A stretch of 57,799 nucleotides of DNA from a virus (taxonomy: Duplodnaviria; Caudoviricetes). Position numbers and translations under genes: made by a program. The first letter of the stretch is position 1, and each line of letters begins with the position of its first letter. This document shows positions 29,084-36,948 of this stretch, piece by piece. The notes under the pieces are model-generated. The model did not search any database. It was not told where the DNA came from and was given only the letters and a program-made list of their open reading frames with translations. The stretch lies in the IMG/VR virus record IMGVR_UViG_3300047560_001719, positions 1 to 57,799 of that record; one strand, 5' to 3'.

Positions 29084-32000
29084 ATAATAAAAACAATTTT
29101 AGAGTCAAGAACGGGCTCACAGTAAGTAACGGGATCGTAGTAGAAGCCGGAGTTATTTCTGGTAACGGCTCTTCGATCACATCGGTCAACGCAGCTACTC
29201 TTAACGGTAACACCGCTGCTCAGCTTCGAGCTTATACTGACTCATCTATCGGTACATCCAACACTGCTATCGTAGCGAATGCTTCTGCGGCTTACACGAA
29301 CGCTGTAAGCTATACAGATACTAAAATTGGAACTGCCAACTCTGCCATCACTGGTAACGCTGCTACTGCTTATACGAACGCCACTTCGTTTGCATCGAAC
29401 GGTTCGAACATCTCGACAGGAACTGTAGCTTTCGCTCGCCTTCCTACTGTCGACTCGGTAGCTAATACATCAGTTGCATTAATCCCGACAGCCAACAACG
29501 TCAAGACTGCATACGATGCTGCTATCACAGCCAACAACAATGCTGCGTCTGCACTCACTGCGGCCGGTACAGCATACAGTAACGCTGTAACCTACACCGA
29601 CACCAAGATCGGTACGGCCAACTCTGCTATCGTAGCTAATGCATCGGCTGCTTATACTAACGCAGTTTCTTATACAGATGGCAAGATCCTAACTGCAAAC
29701 TCTGCTATTACAGGCAATGCTGCCACCGCCTACTCTAACGCGACTAGCTACACTGACACGAAGATCGGTACTGCAAACTCTGCGATGATCGCGAACGCCA
29801 GTGCAGCTTATACCAATGCTACAACCTATGCATCGAACGCTTCGAACATCTCGACAGGAACTCTTGCTTTCGCGAGACTTCCTACTGTAGACTCTGTAGC
29901 GAATACATCAGTAGCTTTGGTTCCTACTGCCAACAACGTCAAGACGGCATACGATGCAGCTATCACCGCAAATACCAATGCGCAGACAGCTTTGACTGCA
30001 GCGGGTGCAGCTTATACCAATGCAGTGAGCTACACAGATACGAAGATCGGTACTGCAAATACGGCCATGGCTGCTAACGCTGCAGCTGCTTATACAAATG
30101 CTGTCAGTTACACAGACGGTAAGATTCTAACTGCGAACTCTGCTATTACAGGCAACGCAGCTACGGCATATACCAATGCGACGACATACGCTTCGAATGC
30201 CAGCAATCTTTCTACCGGAACAGTAGCAGAAGCTCGGCTTCCATATCGTATGAACCAAAACGTTCGTACTACAGATTCTGTAGAATTTGCTGGTATCACT
30301 CTCACAGGAAACCTTGTTGTTTCAGGTAACGTGAACGTTGTCGGCGCAAATAACCTGATCGTGTCCGATAACATGATCTATCTGAACAGCAACAACGACG
30401 TCACGAACCCGGATATCGGTATCGCTGGTAACTACAACGACGGCGTGTATCACCACACGGGTATCTTCAGAGATGCCACTGACGGGTTCTGGAAAGTTTT
30501 TGATAACTATGATCCAGAACCAGACGCGAACGTGTACATCGATACTACTAACACGTCGTTCCATATCGCTGATTTCTGGGCAAATACAGCACGTATCGGT
30601 AACACATCAGTATACGCCACCATTAATACCACGACGTTTACTGGCACCGCGAACAACTCTACGTATCTTAATGGTCAACTAGCAGCTTACTATACGAATG
30701 CCACGAATATTAGTACAGGTACACTCGCAGCAGCTCGTTTACCTTCACTGTATCTCGGCACTACGACTATTCAGTCTACCAGCGCCGCGCAGGCTGTTAG
30801 CGGTATCACGACTCTTGCTGCAGGTAATACTACGATTACCGGTTTTGCAAACGTATCGGTGTCTGTTAACTCTGCTGCTCTTTCTGTCGGATCAAGCTTT
30901 GTAGCCAACACTACACAAGTAACTTATGGTATTCCACAGCTGATCAATAATAATCAGCATCTAAGATTCCAGACAGTCAACACTTCTGCATACGCATACT
31001 TTACACAGCAGAACGACGATAACTTTGTATTCTATACATCGAACACCACTTATGGCGCTCGTGCAGTATTCTCGATCTTTGCCAACAGCGTCACGAGTAC
31101 TTTTAACATCTCTCCAGGTGTTGTATTCAACGGCGGTATCTATGCTAACGGTTCGTACGGTACTTCTGGTCAAGTCCTAACAACGAATGGAACCGGAGTC
31201 TACTGGTCAACTGCATCAGCAGGTGTGAACGTCAACTCTACGTATGCTTGGACTAACACACACTCGTTTGCCGCCAACGTTACTTTTGCAAACAACATCT
31301 CTATCACTTCAGGAAACTCTTCTGTTGCTGGTGGGTTCTTGCTATTCAACGGTATAGCAGACGCTAACTGGAAGATCGGCAGAAATACCAACGGTACAAC
31401 CAAGTGGTACTACACAAACAACTCTCTTGATATCTTAGTAGCCAACTCGAACCTCGAAGGTATCGTTCTCGGTAACCCGCTCGTTAGCGGACAATCTTAC
31501 CTCGAAACTGGCCATGCCGGAACTTACATCGCAGGTAACGTAACTATCGGTAACACTTCGTCTAAATCTACCATCAACTCGACTGCGTTCTCAGGCTCTG
31601 CTAACAACTCTACATACTTTGACACAGCAACATGGGCAGCACCGAAAGCTATCGGTGGAGGCACTGCCAACTCGGGTGCTTTCACTACGGTAACTGCTAC
31701 GAGCGTTTCTGCTACTACAAACATCACCGCTACAGCAAACGTTTCGGGTGATATGGTTATCACAGCCAATAACGGTAACGGTACAAACTTCAAGGTCGGA
31801 GACGATGCTTGGATCGGAGACGTCAACCAGGCAGATACTCTTCGTATTCAAGGTCAACAGAGCGCAAACAACGCATACATCGTATTCGGCAATGCCGATA
31901 ACTCGATTAAGCTTGGCCGTGCAGGAACAGGAGCACTAACTTGGAACAGTAACTTTGCTGTTACAGGTAACGTTAACGTCAGCACTATTAATGCCACATC

Positions 32001-33918
32001 GTTCGGAGCTACGATCACGTCGAACGCTTCTGTAGCAGTCATGACGATCGGTAACTCTTCAGTGAGCTCAACCGTAAACAGCACGACGTTTACCGGCACC
32101 GCCAACAACGCTACGTATCTTAATGGTCAACTTGCTGCATACTATACCAATGCCACGAACATCACTACCGGTACTTTACCTTACGCTCAGATCCCAGCAA
32201 ACGTAATCAATACGACAGCGAACTTTACTATCTCTGGCCAGCATACCTATAATGTTGCAACGTGGGGAGTAATATTTAGAGCATCGAATACTACAAACTT
32301 CTCTGGAGCTAGATGGGAAGACACCGGTGGTACGGTTAGAGCAGGTTGGTATCGTTACGATAATTCTGATCTAACGCTGTCGACATACTATGCGAACGGT
32401 ACATATCAAGCTTCTCCTATTATTGTTTCATCAGCAACGGGAGCAGTTTCTCTTACATCGCTGTCAACGACAACCGGTACTTTCTCCGGCGCGGTTTCAG
32501 GTATTACTACTCTTGCAGCCGGTAACACTACTATTACTGGCTTTGCGAACGTATCTACTTCAGTCAACTCTGCACTGTTGACGGTTGGATCTAGCTTCAT
32601 TGCAAATACCACAGGTGCATATCATACAGGAACAGTCAACGCTGCATCTTATACAGTCGGAACAACGTTCGTTGCGAACAGTACATTCCTAACAGTAGGT
32701 ACAGCAACTCCATACAACAGCGGACTCGTTACATCATCTGCTCCCGATGGAAAACAAGCATATACTGCGCAAGTAGCCAACAATGTTTATTCACTATTCC
32801 AAGGATTCAACTCAAGCGGCGGTCTTGCTTTCCAAGTAACTGGTTCTGGATCTGTTACCGCAAACGGGTCATTGTCAGGAGTTACCACTCTTGCAGCTGG
32901 TAATACAACTATCACCGGATTCGCTAACGTTAGTGGTACCGGTGGAACGCAGCCTGCAATCGCTCTTAGAAGTGGTGTTTATGGAGCATTTGTTGTACCA
33001 CAAGCCAGTCCAGGCGCGTATAATAACTTAGTAGCTAATAATGACAATTTATTGTACTTCTCGAATGGCACTATAAACGGTGGAAATCTTGTCATTGGAT
33101 CATGGTCAGATCGTGCATCAGGCTATGGCATTAAATTTACCGGCAGTACATACGATTTAGCAGTTACTGCTAATACCCTCACTATTACTGGTAACACGAC
33201 TATTACCGGTTTCGCCAACGTAACTACTACTCTCCAGGTCGGAGGAGGCACTGCAGGTTCTCCAGCAATCACCGCTGCTACATCTACTGGCGGTGTTTCC
33301 CTGTCTCTTACAGATAGTGTTACGAGTACTCTTATCGTAAGGCATGATTCTGGATCAGGTCATCCTATTATTGGTACAAATGGTTCTGGTTTGAGACTTG
33401 CGGCTGGAGGTTCACAGTCAGGTCAAACTGCTATCACTATCATCAACAGTGGTAATACCGGTATCGGTAACACCTCTCCAGCACATAAGTTTTCAGTTAA
33501 CGGAACAACATACCTTGGAGGTATCACGACAGCTGCAGCTAACGTGGCGATGGCTAACAACTATATCGTTGCTCCTGCATTCCAAGCATACTCTGAATAC
33601 GTGTCGACGAATGCCACTGCAACTGGTGCTATCACTCTCGACCTGTCGACTTCGAACTTCTTCAACCTGACTCTGACAGGTAACATCACTCCGACGTTTA
33701 GCAACGCTCCTTCTGGTAGAATGTTCTCGTTCACGTTCGTTGCCAAGCAAGACGCGACAGGTGGTAGAACGATCACATGGCCGACAGGAACGAAATGGCC
33801 AGGCGGTGTTGCACCTCCTGCAACGACTACGGCAAACGCCATAGATATATGGTCAGTCATGACATACGACGGCGGTACTACATGGATCGCTTCACTCTCA
33901 GTTAAAAATGCGAGCTAA
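29065..33918 (+). CDS. Long tail fibre protein; reading frame open from 29065, true start codon unresolved
   Basis: Translated by hand, frame 1 is stop-free from 29065 (TRRIIINNKNNFRVKNGLTVSNG...) into the annotated ATG 29785 and carries the same repeats on both sides of that ATG. Contains YTD coiled-coil repeats, SGITTLAAGNTTITGFANVS repeats and a C-terminal ITWP...KWPGG.AP domain. Confidence 0.8.
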   Translation, partial: TRRIIINNKNNFRVKNGLTVSNGIVVEAGVISGNGSSITSVNAATLNGNTAAQLRAYTDSSIGTSNTAIVANASAAYTNAVSYTDTKIGTANSAITGNAATAYTNATSFASNGSNISTGTVAFARLPTVDSVANTSVALIPTANNVKTAYDAAITANNNAASALTAAGTAYSNAVTYTDTKIGTANSAIVANASAAYTNAVSYTDGKILTANSAITGNAATAYSNATSYTDTKIGTANSAMIANASAAYTNATTYASNASNISTGTLAFARLPTVDSVANTSVALVPTANNVKTAYDAAITANTNAQTALTAAGAAYTNAVSYTDTKIGTANTAMAANAAAAYTNAVSYTDGKILTANSAITGNAATAYTNATTYASNASNLSTGTVAEARLPYRMNQNVRTTDSVEFAGITLTGNLVVSGNVNVVGANNLIVSDNMIYLNSNNDVTNPDIGIAGNYNDGVYHHTGIFRDATDGFWKVFDNYDPEPDANVYIDTTNTSFHIADFWANTARIGNTSVYATINTTTFTGTANNSTYLNGQLAAYYTNATNISTGTLAAARLPSLYLGTTTIQSTSAAQAVSGITTLAAGNTTITGFANVSVSVNSAALSVGSSFVANTTQVTYGIPQLINNNQHLRFQTVNTSAYAYFTQQNDDNFVFYTSNTTYGARAVFSIFANSVTSTFNISPGVVFNGGIYANGSYGTSGQVLTTNGTGVYWSTASAGVNVNSTYAWTNTHSFAANVTFANNISITSGNSSVAGGFLLFNGIADANWKIGRNTNGTTKWYYTNNSLDILVANSNLEGIVLGNPLVSGQSYLETGHAGTYIAGNVTIGNTSSKSTINSTAFSGSANNSTYFDTATWAAPKAIGGGTANSGAFTTVTATSVSATTNITATANVSGDMVITANNGNGTNFKVGDDAWIGDVNQADTLRIQGQQSANNAYIVFGNADNSIKLGRAGTGALTWNSNFAVTGNVNVSTINATSFGATITSNASVAVMTIGNSSVSSTVNSTTFTGTANNATYLNGQLAAYYTNATNITTGTLPYAQIPANVINTTANFTISGQHTYNVATWGVIFRASNTTNFSGARWEDTGGTVRAGWYRYDNSDLTLSTYYANGTYQASPIIVSSATGAVSLTSLSTTTGTFSGAVSGITTLAAGNTTITGFANVSTSVNSALLTVGSSFIANTTGAYHTGTVNAASYTVGTTFVANSTFLTVGTATPYNSGLVTSSAPDGKQAYTAQVANNVYSLFQGFNSSGGLAFQVTGSGSVTANGSLSGVTTLAAGNTTITGFANVSGTGGTQPAIALRSGVYGAFVVPQASPGAYNNLVANNDNLLYFSNGTINGGNLVIGSWSDRASGYGIKFTGSTYDLAVTANTLTITGNTTITGFANVTTTLQVGGGTAGSPAITAATSTGGVSLSLTDSVTSTLIVRHDSGSGHPIIGTNGSGLRLAAGGSQSGQTAITIINSGNTGIGNTSPAHKFSVNGTTYLGGITTAAANVAMANNYIVAPAFQAYSEYVSTNATATGAITLDLSTSNFFNLTLTGNITPTFSNAPSGRMFSFTFVAKQDATGGRTITWPTGTKWPGGVAPPATTTANAIDIWSVMTYDGGTTWIASLSVKNAS
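29079..29086 (+). promoter_or_regulatory. T4-type late promoter TATAAATA
   Basis: Exact consensus overlapping the TAA at 29081-29083. Confidence 0.75.
29230..30240 (+). repeat. 26-aa Ala/Thr/Asn coiled-coil repeats (AYTNAVSYTDTKIGTANSAITGNAAT) within a larger 438-bp-spaced duplication
   Basis: Six full 26-aa units plus a partial one; the block starting AYTNAT(S/T)(F/Y)ASN..NISTGT.AFARLPTVDSVANTSVAL occurs at 29368 and 29806. Confidence 0.85.
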
Positions 33919-33921
33919 TCG

Positions 33922-35601
33922 ATGGGTATTGGTGGCGGTTCTAAATTTACATTAGAAAAAACATGGCGTGGATCTGGAACGGGAACTACTAAGTTCAACT
34001 CTCCGGGTAACATCGCTATTCCTTATGGTCGTAACAGCATCTACGTTTCAGGGCAGGGTGGTTCTGGGAACGCGCTCGTTCCAGGACCAGGAACTGGTAC
34101 TTACAACGTTATTCCTGGTAATGCGACCGGTACTTACAACATTATTCCAGGAAATGCTACTGGAACCTACAACATCGTTCCTGGTAACATCTCGACTTAC
34201 AATATCATTCCTGGTCCAGTGGCTACGTACAACATCATCTATCCAGTAGCTACATACAACATCATCTATCCAGGAACTGGTACATACAACATTATCTATC
34301 CAGGAACTGGAACCTATAATATCGTTCCAGGTAATGCTACTGGTGCTTATAACATTATTCCAGGAAATGCTACTGGCATCTACAACAAAATTGCCGGTAA
34401 TATAGCTACATACAACATCATCTATCCAGGAACCGGCACGTACAATATCGTTCCAGGTAATGCTACTGGAACCTACAATATCATTCCAGGCAATGCTACT
34501 GGTATCTACAACAAGATTCCCGGTAATATAGCTACATACAATATCATCTATCCAGGAACTGGTACATATAACATCGTTCCGGGTAATGTCGTTTCTTACA
34601 ACGTCACATATCCAGGAACCGGTACTTACAATAAGATCCCAGGTAACGTAGTAAGTTACAACATCGTTCCCGGTAATGTCTCTACGTATAACGTCATTCC
34701 GGGTAACGGTACTTACTACCCTCCGTATCCTGGATTTCAAAATTACTATTATTCTCCGAAGTACGGTGGTCCTGTACTAGACTTCTTTTATAATGCCCCA
34801 ACGCCCGGTTTTGTAGGTGCACCTTATAACGCTCCGACCGGTGGTCCTGCAAACTACAACGCTGCAACAAACGGGCCCGCGAACTACAACGCTGCAACAA
34901 ATGGTCCTCAGAACTACAACGTAGCGAACGGACCTGCAAACTACAACGCTGCAACAAATGGTCCTCAAAACTACAACGTAGCCAATGGTCCGGCTAACTA
35001 CAATGCGCCTACTAACGGCCCGACTAACTATAATGCTGCGACAAATGGTCCGCAGAACTACAATGCACCTACCAACGGTCCTCAAAACTACAACGTAGCC
35101 AATGGTCCGGCTAACTACAATGCACCTACCAATGGTCCGACTAACTACAATGCGCCTACTAACGGTCCTCAAAACTACAACCCTGCTACCAATGGTCCGC
35201 AGAACTATAACGTAGCGAACGGTCCTCAAAACTATAACGTAGCCAATGGTCCTGCAAACTATAATGTAGCGAACGGCCCTGCGAACTACAATGCTCCGAC
35301 GAACGGCCCTGCGAACTACAATCCAGCTACCAACGGTCCACAGAACTACAATCCAGCTACCAACGGTCCTCAGAACTATAACCCAGCAACAGCTGGTCCG
35401 CAGAACTATAATACTCCTACTCCAGCAGTTGCAGGTAACCCATCTTCTGCTCTTGGAATCACTTTCCCTGGGTCAAACGTCGGAGGTACACCTGCTCCTG
35501 TTATAAGTAATCAGCTGGCAAGCTACTACTCATACCCAGATGGTCAAACGCATTCGGTAACGGTAGCTCCCGGAGGTTATATCGACATTACCATTCAATA
35601 A
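33922..35601 (+). CDS. Pro/Asn/Tyr/Gly-rich two-arm repeat protein (559 aa), probable fibre-associated adhesin or spike
   Basis: 20 TYN(I/V)(I/V)(PGN/YP)-type repeats, an aromatic centre, then 20 NGP(Q/A/T)NYN-type repeats. The flanks (KFNSPGNIAIPYGRNSIYVSGQGGSG ... GGYIDITI) resemble the ends of the Gly-rich adhesin at 27996. Confidence 0.8.
   Translation: MGIGGGSKFTLEKTWRGSGTGTTKFNSPGNIAIPYGRNSIYVSGQGGSGNALVPGPGTGTYNVIPGNATGTYNIIPGNATGTYNIVPGNISTYNIIPGPVATYNIIYPVATYNIIYPGTGTYNIIYPGTGTYNIVPGNATGAYNIIPGNATGIYNKIAGNIATYNIIYPGTGTYNIVPGNATGTYNIIPGNATGIYNKIPGNIATYNIIYPGTGTYNIVPGNVVSYNVTYPGTGTYNKIPGNVVSYNIVPGNVSTYNVIPGNGTYYPPYPGFQNYYYSPKYGGPVLDFFYNAPTPGFVGAPYNAPTGGPANYNAATNGPANYNAATNGPQNYNVANGPANYNAATNGPQNYNVANGPANYNAPTNGPTNYNAATNGPQNYNAPTNGPQNYNVANGPANYNAPTNGPTNYNAPTNGPQNYNPATNGPQNYNVANGPQNYNVANGPANYNVANGPANYNAPTNGPANYNPATNGPQNYNPATNGPQNYNPATAGPQNYNTPTPAVAGNPSSALGITFPGSNVGGTPAPVISNQLASYYSYPDGQTHSVTVAPGGYIDITIQ
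34072..34692 (+). repeat. N-arm: 20 coding repeats of about 27-33 bp ending in Tyr-Asn
   Basis: Counted by splitting the translation at each YN. Confidence 0.92.
34831..35412 (+). repeat. C-arm: 20 coding repeats of 27-30 bp ending in Asn-Tyr-Asn
   Basis: Counted by splitting the translation at each YN; includes a 47-bp exact DNA repeat at 34960 and 35077. Confidence 0.92.
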
Positions 35602-35623
35602 GTGAATTGATAAAGGATTTAAT

Positions 35624-36217
35624 ATGCCATATAATATTCCTAAGTACGGGAAACAACTGAATTGTTTTGCGGTGTGGTCCGGAGGATTTACTTCAGAAGA
35701 AGTCGATAAGATCATTGATCTCGAACGACTTCAAACATTTGAAAAAGGAAAAGTTGGTTTTGATAAGAATGCTGCTGCGCCCGCTGAGACACGAGACTCA
35801 GACGTATCCTGGATTCATCACGATCAACACAGCGACTGGCTTTTCAATCGTATGGCCGGTATCACGTCTATCGTCAACTACGATAACTTCATGTACAACA
35901 TCGATGGAGTCGATGCGTTTCAGTACACGAAGTATGGACCAAACCAGCACTATACTTGGCACTGGGATGTAGAGTTCGGCTGGCAAAAATGGGTTCGAAA
36001 GATCTCGGCTGTTCTGTTACTCTCTGATCCTGATGAGTATGAAGGTGGAGAACTTGAGATCGTTAACACTGGAAACCTCGAAGACAAAGTTTCCTTTAAA
36101 CCGAACAAAGGTGATATCGTATACTTCGCTTCGTGGATGCCGCATCGTGTTGCTCCGGTAACTTCTGGTCTTCGTAGAAGTCTTGTAGCATGGATAATGG
36201 GTGAAAGAGAATGTTGA
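35624..36217 (+). CDS. 2OG-Fe(II) oxygenase, prolyl-4-hydroxylase/PKHD-like
   Basis: HxD (WHWD), RKIS..LLLSDP.EYEGGEL, distal His in F.SW.PHRV.PVT.G.R.SLV.W. Confidence 0.9.
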   Translation: MPYNIPKYGKQLNCFAVWSGGFTSEEVDKIIDLERLQTFEKGKVGFDKNAAAPAETRDSDVSWIHHDQHSDWLFNRMAGITSIVNYDNFMYNIDGVDAFQYTKYGPNQHYTWHWDVEFGWQKWVRKISAVLLLSDPDEYEGGELEIVNTGNLEDKVSFKPNKGDIVYFASWMPHRVAPVTSGLRRSLVAWIMGEREC

Positions 36218-36948
36218 GTTGGAATCCTTTTAAGAAAAAGCCTATCATCGAGTTTTATTGTCATCGAGACGATGTAGCCACTCTTCCTCAGCCTCGACCG
36301 GCAGCAAAGTACATACCGGAATGGTACAAGAGAATTCCACCTGTGATCAATGATGGTAATAACGACCGCGATCAATACGGAGCTCGAACCTTTACAGCCA
36401 AGAAGTGCATGCCAATGTTGGATGCGATGTCTCTTGGATATGTTATTCCCTTGATATCAGATCTTTCAGTTAGGTCAAATCATGATTGTAGCACGATCGA
36501 AGTCACATCTTCTCCACATATCAACGTTTGCGAGTTCCATGACATTCGCCAACTCGGAGAGAGAACTGCTCCTGGATTCCCAGCTCCTCCTCTTAAATTC
36601 ATCAATCCGTGGATCGTGAAGACCGCTCCGGGTTGGTCGACGCTGTTTATGCCGCTTATTAACAATATGGAAAGCCACTTTACTTGTCTTTCTGGTCTGG
36701 TTGATACAGATACCTATCCAAAGGAAGTTAACTTCCCGGCTGTTTGGCACACACCAAACTTTGATGATTTGCTTCCAGCTGGTACTCCCCTTGTAGTAGC
36801 TATTCCGGTCAAGAGAGATGCAATTCCGACAAAACCGGTAGTACGTGACATGACAGATAAAGAATTTGATAAAGTCAATCTTATTACGAAGATGCAGAAC
36901 ACACGTAGAAAAGTTTATACTGATGAATTGAGAGCACCTAGAAAATGA
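36211..36948 (+). CDS. Conserved phage protein of unknown function (DUF6065-like), paralog 1
   Basis: PEWYK, T.KKC.P.LDAM..GY.IP, KF.NPW.VKT.PG.S.LF, G.VDTD.Y...VNFP, GTPL...IP.KR; family name recalled, not searched. Confidence 0.6.
   Translation: MLSWNPFKKKPIIEFYCHRDDVATLPQPRPAAKYIPEWYKRIPPVINDGNNDRDQYGARTFTAKKCMPMLDAMSLGYVIPLISDLSVRSNHDCSTIEVTSSPHINVCEFHDIRQLGERTAPGFPAPPLKFINPWIVKTAPGWSTLFMPLINNMESHFTCLSGLVDTDTYPKEVNFPAVWHTPNFDDLLPAGTPLVVAIPVKRDAIPTKPVVRDMTDKEFDKVNLITKMQNTRRKVYTDELRAPRK

Noticed and set aside
24808-33918. Diversity-generating retroelement acting on Mtd_N-like fibres
   Set aside because: No reverse transcriptase and no template/variable repeat pair differing only at adenines was seen in this window.
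34048-35229. Antisense ORFs of 230 aa and 150 aa over the repeat arms
   Set aside because: Shadows of a low-complexity coding repeat; no SD or promoter support.
34072-35412. CRISPR array or DNA inverted repeat/hairpin explaining the mirror repeats
   Set aside because: Units are in-frame, vary at synonymous positions and have no unique spacers. The C-arm is not the reverse complement of the N-arm, so the symmetry is at protein level only.
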